Source: Candidatus Latescibacterota bacterium (GTDB lineage: Bacteria > Latescibacterota > UBA2968 > UBA8231). From it: 64,000 nt of DNA. The notes beneath the pieces are model-generated. The model made no database searches. It had not been told where the DNA came from and saw only the letters and a program-made list of their open reading frames with translations. Shown piece by piece: positions 45,406 through 54,925 of the stretch; the first letter of the stretch is position 1, and each line of letters opens with the position of its first letter. Where the stretch lies: contig OZ252098.1 in assembly GCA_965248355.1 (NCBI GenBank), positions 224,001 to 288,000 on the forward strand, given 5' to 3'. The position numbers and the translations under genes are program-made.

Positions 45406-47210
45406 TGGTCATGCTCCTGCGCGGTGCGGCCCTGTGGGCGGCCCTGGCCCTGACCTGGTCGTGCGCCGGGACGATTCAGGGCCGGGGGCCGTTGCCGGAG
45501 CCCTCCGAGGAGGCCCGCCGGAAGGCCATGGAGTACTTCGTCAACGCCAAGGTCTTCGAGTCCCAGGGCAACCATCTGGGGGCCATCGTGGCCCTGCGCT
45601 CGGCCGCCGATCTCGACCCTACGTCGCCCACGATCCACGCCCAGCTGGCGCGCAACTACGACCGCATCCGCGACTACCACATGGCCGTCCATTTCGCCCG
45701 CAAGGCCCTGGCCCTGGACCCGGAGCTGACGGCCCTGCGCTACCAGCTCCTGCGCTGGCTGGACTCGGTGGGGACCCCGGGCGAGGTGGGGGAGCAGCTG
45801 GAGGCGCTCATCGATCGGGACCCCCACAACTGGCAGCTCTACTCGTACCTGGCGCGCACCTACATGGAGACCGGACGCGAGGATCGCGTCGACCCCCTCT
45901 TCGACCGCCTCCTCCACCAGGAAGGCACGCCCGTCGACGTGCGTGTCAACGTGGCCTACGTGCTCTCCCGCAGCGGCCGCCGCGAGCGGTCGGAGGCCGT
46001 CTTCCGCCAGGTCCTGGCCGAGGACCCCACCGTGGAGGACGCCTGGCTGGGGCTCGGCGAGCTGCAGTTTGCGCGCGGCGCGCGGCCGGCGGCGCTGGCC
46101 TCCTTCCAGGCCGGAGCGCGCTTCGTCCCCGACAGCTCGGCCCTCATGTACGAGTTCGCCCGCCTGCTGGAGACGGTGGAGCAGCTGACGCCGATCCTCG
46201 ACACCGAGCAGGCGGCCTACCTCTATCGCCTGGGCATCGCCCTGTCGGAGATGGAGAAGTACCCGCTGGCCGCCGTGGTTTTCGAGCGAATCGTCGGCCG
46301 CAGGCCCGGTCACGTGGACGGCTGGCTCGGGACGGCCCACTACTACCTGCAGGTGGGCCGTCCCGAGCGCGCCGAGGAGATCCTGGAGGAAGCGGTGCGG
46401 GCCATGCCCGACAGCCTCGATCTCTACCTGTTCTGGGGTGCGGCCCTCGAGGCGGCGGAACGGCCCGAGGAGGCCCTGGCCGTGTACGAGAGGGCGGCCC
46501 TGCGGCGGCCCGACTCGGTCGATCTCTACCTCGCCTGGGGCCGGAACCTCGAGCAGCGCCGCCTCTGGCCCGAGGCGATCGAACGCTACCGCGAGGCCGT
46601 GGAGGCCGACTCGACCGAGGTCGAGGCCTACCTGCATTGGGGGGGAGCCTTGCAGGGGCTCGGCCGGTGGGAGGAGGCCATCGAGCGCCTGACCCGGGCC
46701 GTGGACCTGGAGGCGGAAGGGACCTACGCCCTGATGTACCTCGGCAGCGCCCTGGAGGAGGCCTCCCGGGAATCCCCGGGGGCCGGGTACTTCGAGCGCG
46801 CCGTCGACTGCTTCCGGCAGCTCATCGCCTTGCGGCCGGACGACGCCTATGCCCTCAACTATCTGGGCTACAGCTTCGCCGAGCGCGGCGTCCATCTCGA
46901 GGAGGCGGTGGAACTGCTCACCCGCGCCGTGGCCATCGAGCCCGACAACGGAGCCTTCTTCGACAGTCTCGGGTGGGCCTACTACCGGCTCGGGGAGCTG
47001 GAGGAGGCGGAACGCTGCCTGGCCAGGGCCCTGCAGGAGATGGAGGACCACGAGTCCGAGGAGCAGGCCGTGATCCTCGACCACGCCGGGGACATCGCCG
47101 ACGCCCTCGGCAAGCGCGACGAAGCCGTGCACCACTGGCAGCGCGCCCTGGATCTGACGCCGGAAAACGAGGAGGTCCGGGAAAAGCTGGAGGCCCGGCC
47201 GTCGCCGTGA
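45405..47210 (+). CDS. TPR lipoprotein
   Basis: Lipobox-like LTWSC; TPRs; C-terminal ALNYLGYSFA...AFFDSLGWAYYRLG...ILDHAGD. Confidence 0.88.
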   Translation: MVMLLRGAALWAALALTWSCAGTIQGRGPLPEPSEEARRKAMEYFVNAKVFESQGNHLGAIVALRSAADLDPTSPTIHAQLARNYDRIRDYHMAVHFARKALALDPELTALRYQLLRWLDSVGTPGEVGEQLEALIDRDPHNWQLYSYLARTYMETGREDRVDPLFDRLLHQEGTPVDVRVNVAYVLSRSGRRERSEAVFRQVLAEDPTVEDAWLGLGELQFARGARPAALASFQAGARFVPDSSALMYEFARLLETVEQLTPILDTEQAAYLYRLGIALSEMEKYPLAAVVFERIVGRRPGHVDGWLGTAHYYLQVGRPERAEEILEEAVRAMPDSLDLYLFWGAALEAAERPEEALAVYERAALRRPDSVDLYLAWGRNLEQRRLWPEAIERYREAVEADSTEVEAYLHWGGALQGLGRWEEAIERLTRAVDLEAEGTYALMYLGSALEEASRESPGAGYFERAVDCFRQLIALRPDDAYALNYLGYSFAERGVHLEEAVELLTRAVAIEPDNGAFFDSLGWAYYRLGELEEAERCLARALQEMEDHESEEQAVILDHAGDIADALGKRDEAVHHWQRALDLTPENEEVREKLEARPSP

Positions 47211-47968
47211 ACTGGCGATCGGCCGCGGCGGCGGCCCTGCTCGCCGCGGCCGTCATCAACGCCTGCGGCCCCCCTCCCCCGGTGACGCGCGAGGGCTGGC
47301 CGGGCGGCGCCGCCGGCGAGGTGGCCGCCCTCCTGCGAGCGGACTTCGCCGCCGTGCAGGCCCTCACCGACCTGACCGCCGAGGCCCGGCTCACCATCAC
47401 CCACGAGCAGGGCCGCCACTCCCTCGGCACCTCCATCCTCTTCCGGCCCCCGGACCTGCTGCGCCTCGACGTGCAGGGCCCGCTCTTCCATCACGTGCTC
47501 TCCGCCGTGGTCGAGGCCGACACCCTGCTGGCCGTGATCGAGGGCCGCCGCATGGCCCTTCATGCCGACGACGGTCTCGACTATTTCCTCGACATCGACC
47601 TGGGCGGGTACGATCCCCGCTGGGCCCTGCTCGGGGTGGTCCTGCCCGGAGACCCCGACACCGCGCTGGTCCGCTATCCGGGCGCCGGTCGGGCGGTGGT
47701 CCCCCTCGAGACCCCGGACCTGCCGCCGCGCCGCCTGACCCTGGACCTGCACCGCGGGTTCGTGGTGGGCGAGGAGATCCTCGACGATTCCGGGCAGGTG
47801 CGGTGGTCGCGCCGCCTGCAGCGCTTCCGGCGTCTGCCCGGCACCGACCTCTACCTGCCCCGATCGGTGCGCATCGAGAACCGCGGACGCACCCTGGAGC
47901 TGGAGTACGGAAAGGTGAGGACCGGCCGCGGCCTGGAGCGGGCCGCGTTCTTCACCGGCCTGCGCTAG
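47207..47968 (+). CDS. LolA/LolB-fold-like (DUF4292-like) lipoprotein
   Basis: Lipobox INAC; RPPDLLRLDVQGPL; LPRSVRIE..LELEY; GTGA coupling to the TPR gene. Confidence 0.6.
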   Translation: MNWRSAAAAALLAAAVINACGPPPPVTREGWPGGAAGEVAALLRADFAAVQALTDLTAEARLTITHEQGRHSLGTSILFRPPDLLRLDVQGPLFHHVLSAVVEADTLLAVIEGRRMALHADDGLDYFLDIDLGGYDPRWALLGVVLPGDPDTALVRYPGAGRAVVPLETPDLPPRRLTLDLHRGFVVGEEILDDSGQVRWSRRLQRFRRLPGTDLYLPRSVRIENRGRTLELEYGKVRTGRGLERAAFFTGLR

Positions 47969-48938
47969 CCGCTTCAGGCAGGAAGCGCAGCGTGAAGGCG
48001 GCCTGGACATCCACGGCCCCCGCCTCGATCAGCCTCGCATCGCTCATCTGCTCATGCAGCTCCCGCCAGCGGTTCGGGGTCATGGAGCCAATGCCCTTCT
48101 CGCGGGCCACCGGGTCGATGACCAGGGGCGCCGAGGCCTCGGCCCCGTAAGCGAGGATCTTCAGGCTCATCTCGGGGTTGAGGGCGTGGATGCGGCGGTT
48201 GGTGGCCTCCGGATCGGCGAGGTACCTCTCCCAGCCCTCGACGCTGGCGCGGACGACGGCGGCCACCAGCGGCGGATGCGCCGCGATCGTCTGCTCGCTG
48301 GCGACGAGGACACTGGCATAGGGATTGAAGCCGATGTCGGCCACGAGCAGGGCCCTGGGATCGGCGCCGCGGGACCGGGCCACGTAGGGCTCGCTGAAGA
48401 CGTAGCCCTGCTGGGCGAAGTCCTGGTCCATGAGGAACCGGGTCACGTTGCCGGGGTAGGGGACGATCCTGACATCCTTGAGGGGGTACTTCCACCGCAG
48501 GTAGTGGGAGAAGGCCGGGCGCTGCGACATGGCGAGGGTCATGCCTTCGATCTGCGAGATGTCGTCGATGCCGGAGCTGCGGTGGACCATGATGCAGCGC
48601 GGGTTGATCTGGTAGGGAGCCATGAGGGCCACCACGGGGGCCTGGCGGGCGCGGGCGTAGAGGACGTCGTCGGCATTGGTCACGCCGAACTCCACCTCGC
48701 CCGTGGCGACGCGCTGGATGACGGGAGCGTCGGGGCCGCCGCCGAGGATGTCGACCGCGACGCCGTGGGCCTCGTAGCGGCCGTGGACCTGGGCGGCGTA
48801 GAACCCGCCGTGCTCGGCTTCGGGGAACCAGTTGAGGGCGAGCTGGACCTGGGGCAGGGCGCCGGGGACCGGCTCTTCTTCCCTGGAGGCGCAGCCGGCG
48901 AGGAGGCCGGCCAGGAGCGCGTGCGCGAGAAGGGTCAT
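47952..48938 (-). CDS. NMT1/THI5-type ABC substrate-binding lipoprotein
   Basis: Lipobox LAGC; LNWFPEAEHGGFYAA; VDILGGGP. Confidence 0.88.
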   Translation of the reverse strand: MTLLAHALLAGLLAGCASREEEPVPGALPQVQLALNWFPEAEHGGFYAAQVHGRYEAHGVAVDILGGGPDAPVIQRVATGEVEFGVTNADDVLYARARQAPVVALMAPYQINPRCIMVHRSSGIDDISQIEGMTLAMSQRPAFSHYLRWKYPLKDVRIVPYPGNVTRFLMDQDFAQQGYVFSEPYVARSRGADPRALLVADIGFNPYASVLVASEQTIAAHPPLVAAVVRASVEGWERYLADPEATNRRIHALNPEMSLKILAYGAEASAPLVIDPVAREKGIGSMTPNRWRELHEQMSDARLIEAGAVDVQAAFTLRFLPEAASAGR

Positions 48939-48955
48939 GAAGTCCTCCGGCCCCC

Positions 48956-49738
48956 TCAGGGCGGTGTTCCCGTCCAGCGCCTGAGCAGGACGTTGCTCAG
49001 GGCGCCCACGGCGGTGAAGATCGACAGCCCCAGCAACGTGCAGAACAGGATGCAGGCGAAGAGGTAGTCGGTACGGGCCTGCCCGTTGGTGAGGATGATC
49101 AGGTAGCCCAGGCCGAAGTGGCGGGTCCCGTAGCCGGCGAAGAACTCGCCCACGATGGCGCCGATGACGGACAGCCCGCTGGAGATCCGGGCGCCGGTGA
49201 GCATCTGCGGCACGGCCCCCGGGACGCGGAGCTTGAAGAGGACCTGCCAGCGGCTGGCGTCGTTGAGGACGAAGAGGTCGAGGAGGTGGGGATCGACGCG
49301 GGTCAGGCCGGCGGTGGTGTTGGCGATGACCGGGAAGAGGGAGAGGATGAAGGCCACGGCCACCACCCCCTGCAGGCCGTAGCCGATCCAGAGGACGATG
49401 AGGGGCGCGATGGCCACGATGGGCACCGTCTGCAGGAAGATCGCATAGGGGTAGAGGCTGCGCTCGATGAGGCGCGATTGCGAGAACAGCAGCGACACCA
49501 GGAAACCGAAGGCGAGGCTGAGGCAGAGGCCGAGGACCGCGCCCAGGGCGGTGAGCAGGGTGGCGGAGAGCAGGCGCGGCAGGTTTTCCGCCGCCGCCCG
49601 GGCCACGAGCAGGGGGCCGGGCAGCAGGAAGGGCTTGATGTCGAAGAGGGTCACGGCTCCCTGCCAGGCGCACAGGACCACGAGGAAGAAGAGCAGGGGA
49701 GGCATGGCGCCGGCCGCGAGGGCGCGCAGGCGCTGCAT
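48956..49738 (-). CDS. SsuC/TauC-type ABC permease
   Basis: LQTVPIVAIAPL; KLRVPGAVP; GAIVGEFFAG..GLGYLI. Confidence 0.9.
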   Translation of the reverse strand: MQRLRALAAGAMPPLLFFLVVLCAWQGAVTLFDIKPFLLPGPLLVARAAAENLPRLLSATLLTALGAVLGLCLSLAFGFLVSLLFSQSRLIERSLYPYAIFLQTVPIVAIAPLIVLWIGYGLQGVVAVAFILSLFPVIANTTAGLTRVDPHLLDLFVLNDASRWQVLFKLRVPGAVPQMLTGARISSGLSVIGAIVGEFFAGYGTRHFGLGYLIILTNGQARTDYLFACILFCTLLGLSIFTAVGALSNVLLRRWTGTPP

Positions 49739-50517
49739 CAGGCGCCCGCCTCGGCCAGCCGGCCCGAGATCTCCCCTGCCATGCGGATGAACTCGGGCGT
49801 CGTGCGCAGGGCGGGATCGCGCGGGTAGGGGAAGGGAACGTCCATGTCGGCCAGGATGCGGCCCGGCCGGGCGCTCATGACCAGGACCTGCTGGCCTAGA
49901 AAAAGGGCTTCGTGGACGTTGTGGGTGACGAAGAGGCCCGTCCAGCGGTCCTCCAGCCAAAGGCGCAGCAGCTCTTCGTTGAGGCGCTGGCGCGTGATCT
50001 CGTCGAGGGCGGCGAAGGGCTCGTCGAGGAGCAGGAGCCGGGGGCGGGTGGCGAGAGCCCGGGCGATGGAGGCCCGCATCCGCATGCCGCCGGAAAGCTG
50101 GGCCGGGAAGGCGTCCGCGAATTCGGTGAGGCCCACCAGCTCGAGGAGCTTCCGGACCCGGGCCGGGTCGGGCGTCCGGCGCAGTTCCAGGGGCAGTCCG
50201 ACGTTGCGGGCCACCGAGCGCCAGGGCAGGAGGGTTGGATCCTGGAAGACGAAGCCCAGGTCCGGCTGGCCGCCGAGCGCCCGGCGCGGGGCCTCGCCGT
50301 TGACGGTGAGCCCGCCGGCCGTGGGTTCGTCGAGGCCGGCCACCAGCCGCAGGAGGGTGGACTTGCCGCAGCCCGAGGGCCCGACGATGGAGGCGAAGCG
50401 CCCGCGCCCTATGTCCAGATCGACGCCGCGCAGCGCCTCGACGCCGGAGGAGAAGCGCTTGTCCAGTCCGCGGGCGGCGATCCGTCCCTCCTCCTCCTGG
50501 ACCCCGGCCGTCTTCAA
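49738..50517 (-). CDS. SsuB/TauB-type ABC ATPase
   Basis: GPSGCGKST; LSGGMRMR; LLLDEPFAALD; FVTH. Confidence 0.93.
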   Translation of the reverse strand: MKTAGVQEEEGRIAARGLDKRFSSGVEALRGVDLDIGRGRFASIVGPSGCGKSTLLRLVAGLDEPTAGGLTVNGEAPRRALGGQPDLGFVFQDPTLLPWRSVARNVGLPLELRRTPDPARVRKLLELVGLTEFADAFPAQLSGGMRMRASIARALATRPRLLLLDEPFAALDEITRQRLNEELLRLWLEDRWTGLFVTHNVHEALFLGQQVLVMSARPGRILADMDVPFPYPRDPALRTTPEFIRMAGEISGRLAEAGA

Positions 50518-51161
50518 AAAGCGTAGCCCAGGGCCAGCTGTCCTCCCGTTGCGGACCCCTTCAGAGCGCCCAGGTGCAAGTGGAGCGCCTTGCCGTACTT
50601 GAACCGCACCCGGTCGCGCTTCTCCTCGATCACCTGGATCCCGTGGGCGAAGTCGTAGACGTAGTCAGCCGCCAGAGTGAGGGCGCCGAGAAGGATCAGC
50701 GCGCCTCCCGGCAGGAAGCCGGGCTCCCGTTTCTGCTCGCGCAGGCGGTATTGGGTGGTCGTGCCGTCGATCTCCACGGGGATCTTCTCGTACCGGCGTT
50801 CGCGGTCCCCGTCCTCGGGGTTGAGCACCAGGAGCTCGAAGTCCGACTCGGGAAAATCGCCCTCGCCCAGCAGGGCCGCGCCCGCCACGATCGAGACCGC
50901 CCCCAGCAGGCCGGTGGTCAGCAGCCGCTTGCCGGTCCGGGGCTCGCCCGCGTAGAAGTGCATCATTCCCGGCACCGGGATGGCGCTCAGGGCCAGGCCC
51001 ACGGAGAGGCGGCGGTTCATGTCCCGGTACTCCTCCCAGGTCATGCCCTTGGGCAGGGGCACCAGCGGGACCTCGGTCAGGTCGTCCTGGGCATGCGCGC
51101 CCATCGGTGAGAGAAGGGCCAGGGAGAGCCCCGTGAGCCAGCACGGCAGATACTTCCTCAT
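50514..51161 (-). CDS. Exported hypothetical membrane protein
   Basis: Signal peptide ending AHA; PVPGMMHFYAG (TM2/DUF5683-like); C-terminal LGYAF. Confidence 0.6.
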   Translation of the reverse strand: MRKYLPCWLTGLSLALLSPMGAHAQDDLTEVPLVPLPKGMTWEEYRDMNRRLSVGLALSAIPVPGMMHFYAGEPRTGKRLLTTGLLGAVSIVAGAALLGEGDFPESDFELLVLNPEDGDRERRYEKIPVEIDGTTTQYRLREQKREPGFLPGGALILLGALTLAADYVYDFAHGIQVIEEKRDRVRFKYGKALHLHLGALKGSATGGQLALGYAF

Positions 51162-51204
51162 CGGGTCGATCCGTCCTTTCTGATGGGTTGGTCAGGCGGT
51201 GAGG

Positions 51205-51747
51205 TCAGAATTTCCGCTTGTAGAAGAACCTCATGACATCGTCCTCGCCAAGAAGTTCGTTGTAGAACTCGTAGGCTTGGGCGTCGAAGTCATCCATCTG
51301 TCTCGAGAGGGACAGCAAACTCTCCCTGGTGAGGATCAGCGTCAGGTCGTCCCCGTCCAGGAAGTACTTCCACCGCTCGACGGTGCCGTCTTCCTCGGTG
51401 GAGATCAAGACGTCGTCATCGATGCGCCAGGTGCCCTTGTGGCCGCTGTCGTCCTCCCAGGTCCTGTCCGGATTGAAGCGAAGGCTGTATCGCCAAGCGC
51501 GGAGACCCTCCTCGGAACGTGCGAAGGCCTCGTCGACAATCGCCTCGGCGTCCGGGAGGCTCATTCCCTGCTCGGCGGCGTACTCGATGAACCGTCCGGC
51601 GAGGACCTCGACGAGATCCGTCCCCTCGAAGATCCAGGTTCCTACGAGTTCAGCCTCGGGCCCCGTAGGCCCCTTGTCGTCGCCGCAGCCGGTCATCCCC
51701 ACCGTGGCCAGGATGATGGCGATGCTCGCCGTCGTCAGCACCTTCAC
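51205..51747 (-). CDS. Lipocalin-like lipoprotein
   Basis: GTG start coupled to the upstream gene; MTGCGDDK lipobox; LVGTW and GTWRI motifs. Confidence 0.65.
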   Translation of the reverse strand: MKVLTTASIAIILATVGMTGCGDDKGPTGPEAELVGTWIFEGTDLVEVLAGRFIEYAAEQGMSLPDAEAIVDEAFARSEEGLRAWRYSLRFNPDRTWEDDSGHKGTWRIDDDVLISTEEDGTVERWKYFLDGDDLTLILTRESLLSLSRQMDDFDAQAYEFYNELLGEDDVMRFFYKRKF

Positions 51748-52610
51748 GATTCGGCTTCCCTGCTCGGGACGAACTCGCCCTCCGGCCTCGGGTGGTGTTG
51801 CCAGTGGCCGCCGGGGTCCGTTCCGCGGCAGAGGATGGCGCCCCGGTTCCAGCCCTTGTGGGCGCGCACCTCGGGCGGCACGAAGCGCATCGTCAGGCCG
51901 CAGCGCCGGCGGTCGGACAGGTTCGGCATCGATCCGTGCAGCAGGAGGTCGGTGTGCAGGGACATCTGCCCTGCCCGCATGACGAACGATACCGGGGCGC
52001 CGCCGTAGCGGGCGGGATCGAGGACGGTCTGGTTGAGGACGTTGTTCTCGCCGGCCTCGCTGCGGTGAAAGGGAATCTGCCCGTGCAGGTGGGAGCGCGG
52101 CACCACGGCCATGGCGCCGTTGTCCTCGTCGGCGTCGTCGATGGCCAGCCACACGGTGACCGTGCGGCTCGGGGTCAGGGGCCAGTACGAGGCGTCCTGG
52201 TGCCAGCTGACCTGGCGCTCGTCCCCGGGCAGCTTGCAGAAGAAGTGCGCCCCCCAGCAGATCAGGTCCTGCCCGAGCAGGTCCTGCACGTAGTCGAGGA
52301 TGCGCGGCTCCGTGATCAGGTCCCACAGGCCGGCGCAGTGGCGCTGCCAGCCGTTGATGGAGTAGGCGTCCCATCCGGCGGCGGCGGCCCGGTCCATCAG
52401 GTCGTCGAAGTAGGCCCGGTTGGCCTCGGCCTCGGCGGGGGTGAACACGTCCAGGGGGAAGACGAACCCCAGCTCGTCGTACTGCCTGAGCTGTGCGGTC
52501 GTCAGGAAGCGGGGCCGGTCGTGATGGACGGGGTAGAACCGCAAGTCGCGGTCGACCTCCGGCATGGCGTCGGTGATGGAGCCTTCTCGGCTGCCCGGGG
52601 GATTCGTCAT
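51744..52610 (-). CDS. Phytanoyl-CoA dioxygenase (PhyH) family Fe/2OG dioxygenase
   Basis: WHQDASYW; VWLAIDDA..NG; LLHGSMPN.S.RRR. Confidence 0.9.
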   Translation of the reverse strand: MTNPPGSREGSITDAMPEVDRDLRFYPVHHDRPRFLTTAQLRQYDELGFVFPLDVFTPAEAEANRAYFDDLMDRAAAAGWDAYSINGWQRHCAGLWDLITEPRILDYVQDLLGQDLICWGAHFFCKLPGDERQVSWHQDASYWPLTPSRTVTVWLAIDDADEDNGAMAVVPRSHLHGQIPFHRSEAGENNVLNQTVLDPARYGGAPVSFVMRAGQMSLHTDLLLHGSMPNLSDRRRCGLTMRFVPPEVRAHKGWNRGAILCRGTDPGGHWQHHPRPEGEFVPSREAES

Positions 52611-53848
52611 CGGCCGCCTCCCATCTCCTCCCAGACCCGACGGGCCCGGTCCATCGCCTCGGGAGTCGGCTCCCGGGCGGCCAGGATGCTCGACGGCGCC
52701 CGCGGATCTCCCCCCGGCCAGGGCGACCAGGTGTCGTCCTGGTACCGCGCTCTCTGCGCCTCGTCGCTGAAGTCCGGCACCTCGACGGGGTGTCCCTCCT
52801 GCAGGGCGCTCCGCCAGGCGAGGATGCCGACGGAGCTCATGGCCACGGCCCGGTACACGTCCAGGAAGGGCGGTCGCCCCGACCGGATCGCCCGGGCGAA
52901 GTGGAAGTTGGTCCAGAAGTCCCCGCCGCCGTGTCCGGCCCGTTCGGCCAGGTCGGCGTGCTCCGGCCACTCGGGCTGGTACGAGCGCTCGAGGGGCTCT
53001 CCGGGCCAGCGGTTCCACGGCTCGTGCCAGACGCGCACCTGGCCGGGTCCGAAGTAGCCCGGGCCGCGGGCGATCTCCATGGCCCCGCCCGTGCCGTGGA
53101 CGCGATACCAGTTGCTGTGGCCGGGCAGGGTGAGCCCGAAGATGCGGAACACGGCGCCGTCGTCCGTGCGGCACAGGATCACCGAGCCGGCGTCCCCGCG
53201 GCGCACGGAGCCGTCCTCGATCTCGGGGGCGGCGATGGACAGGCCGTTGACCATGCGGGGCACGGAGCCGGTGATGTACACCAGCGGCGCCAGGGCGTGG
53301 GTGCAGTAGTAGGTGGAGGGGATCCAGTTGCGCCAGTGATTCTCGCCGGGAGCCAGGCGCAGGCGCGCCTCGGGGGCCATGGGATGGTTGTACTCGCCCT
53401 CGGCGTAGGTCACGCGGCCGATTTCCCCGGTGCGGTAGAGCCTGCGCATCTCCTGGCTGAAGAGGGTGTAGCAGTAGTTCTCGGCGAGCATGTAGACGCG
53501 TCCCGAGCGCTCCACCGCGCGGCACAGCGCGACGCCGTCGGCGAGGGTGCCGTTGGCCGCCGTCTCGGAGAGGACGTGCTTGCCGGCCTCCAGGGCCCGC
53601 ACCGCGAAGGGCGCGTGCTCGTGGAAGTAGTTGGCCAGGATGACGGCGTCCAGGCCGCAGCCCAGGAAGGCGTCGTAGTCGGTGAAGGTGGCCACGCCGT
53701 AGGCGCGGCCCACCGTCTCCAGGCGCTCCTCCCAGACGTCGCAGATGGCCGCCAGCCTCATGCCCACGGCCTCGGTGGCCCCCTTGATGAAGCTCTCGCC
53801 GCGCCGCACCCCGACGACGCCGACCCGTATCTCCTTGTCCTGATCCAC
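52607..53848 (-). CDS. Gfo/Idh/MocA-family oxidoreductase
   Basis: IRVGVVG; ALEAGKHVLSE; YMLAENY; YCTHAL. Confidence 0.88.
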   Translation of the reverse strand: MDQDKEIRVGVVGVRRGESFIKGATEAVGMRLAAICDVWEERLETVGRAYGVATFTDYDAFLGCGLDAVILANYFHEHAPFAVRALEAGKHVLSETAANGTLADGVALCRAVERSGRVYMLAENYCYTLFSQEMRRLYRTGEIGRVTYAEGEYNHPMAPEARLRLAPGENHWRNWIPSTYYCTHALAPLVYITGSVPRMVNGLSIAAPEIEDGSVRRGDAGSVILCRTDDGAVFRIFGLTLPGHSNWYRVHGTGGAMEIARGPGYFGPGQVRVWHEPWNRWPGEPLERSYQPEWPEHADLAERAGHGGGDFWTNFHFARAIRSGRPPFLDVYRAVAMSSVGILAWRSALQEGHPVEVPDFSDEAQRARYQDDTWSPWPGGDPRAPSSILAAREPTPEAMDRARRVWEEMGGGR

Positions 53849-53871
53849 AGGTAGTCTGCCTCCCTCTCTCT

Positions 53872-54876
53872 TCAGTCGTAGCGGATGCGCGGGTCGAGCC
53901 AGGCGTAGAGCACGTCGGCGGCGAGGTTGATCAGGATGAAGAGCGTCGCCAGCAGCAGCACCCCGCCCTGGACGGCCCGGAAGTCCCGGGCCAGGACCGC
54001 CAGGTAGAGCCAGCGCCCGATGCCGGGCCAGGCGAAGATCGTCTCGGTGATGATGGCGCCGCCCAGAAGATACCCGAACTCCAGGGCGATCACGGTCAGG
54101 GTGGGGATGAAGGCGTTGCGCAGGGCGTGACGCACCAGGACCGTCATGGGCGCCAGGCCCTTGGCGCGGGCCGTGCGGATGTAGTCCTCGCCCATTACCT
54201 CCAGAAGGCTGGAGCGGGTCATGCGGGCGATCACGGCCAACGGGATGGTCCCCAGGGCCACCGCCGGCAGCACGAGGTGGCGCACCACGTCGCCGAGGGC
54301 CTCCAGGTCGCCGGCCAGCAGCGCGTCGAGGAGGTAGAAGCCGGTGCGCGGCTCGATGTAGACGTGGGCCGAGAGCCGGCCGGAGATGGGGAACAGGGGC
54401 AGCTCCACGGCCAGCACGAGGATGAGGATGAGAGCCAGCCAGAACACGGGCATGGAGATGCCGGCGGTGGCCGCGGTCATGCTCAGGTGATCGACCAGGC
54501 CGCCGCGGCGGACGGCGGCCGCCATGCCGAGGCCGAGGCCGCCGGCGATGGCGAAGCACATGGCCGCCAGGGTCAGCTCGCAGGTGGCCGGAAAGCGGTC
54601 GAAGATCTCCACCGTGATCAGCTCGTGGGTGCGGAAGGACCGGCCCAGGTCGCCGCGCAGGAGATCGGCGAAGAACCGGCCGAGCTGCACGTGGAAGGGC
54701 TGGTCGAGGCCGAGCTCCTGGCGCAGCGCCGCCAGGGTCTCGGCGTTGGCGCGCTCGCCGAGCATCACCTGGGCGGGGTCCCCCGGGACCAGGTAGATCA
54801 TCAGGAACACGAGGACCGAGATCCCGAGCACCGTCGGGACCAGGAGGGCCAGGCGCCGCAGGATGAAGGCGGTCAC
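53872..54876 (-). CDS. dppB: Peptide ABC transporter permease DppB
   Basis: PGDPAQVMLG; GDLGRSF; DYIRTARAKGL; ETIFAWPGIG; LDPRIR. Confidence 0.93.
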   Translation of the reverse strand: MTAFILRRLALLVPTVLGISVLVFLMIYLVPGDPAQVMLGERANAETLAALRQELGLDQPFHVQLGRFFADLLRGDLGRSFRTHELITVEIFDRFPATCELTLAAMCFAIAGGLGLGMAAAVRRGGLVDHLSMTAATAGISMPVFWLALILILVLAVELPLFPISGRLSAHVYIEPRTGFYLLDALLAGDLEALGDVVRHLVLPAVALGTIPLAVIARMTRSSLLEVMGEDYIRTARAKGLAPMTVLVRHALRNAFIPTLTVIALEFGYLLGGAIITETIFAWPGIGRWLYLAVLARDFRAVQGGVLLLATLFILINLAADVLYAWLDPRIRYD

Positions 54877-54925
54877 GGACCCGGGTCGAGGCTGGAGCGG
54901 GCGGGTCCGGGCGCGGCCGGGCGGC

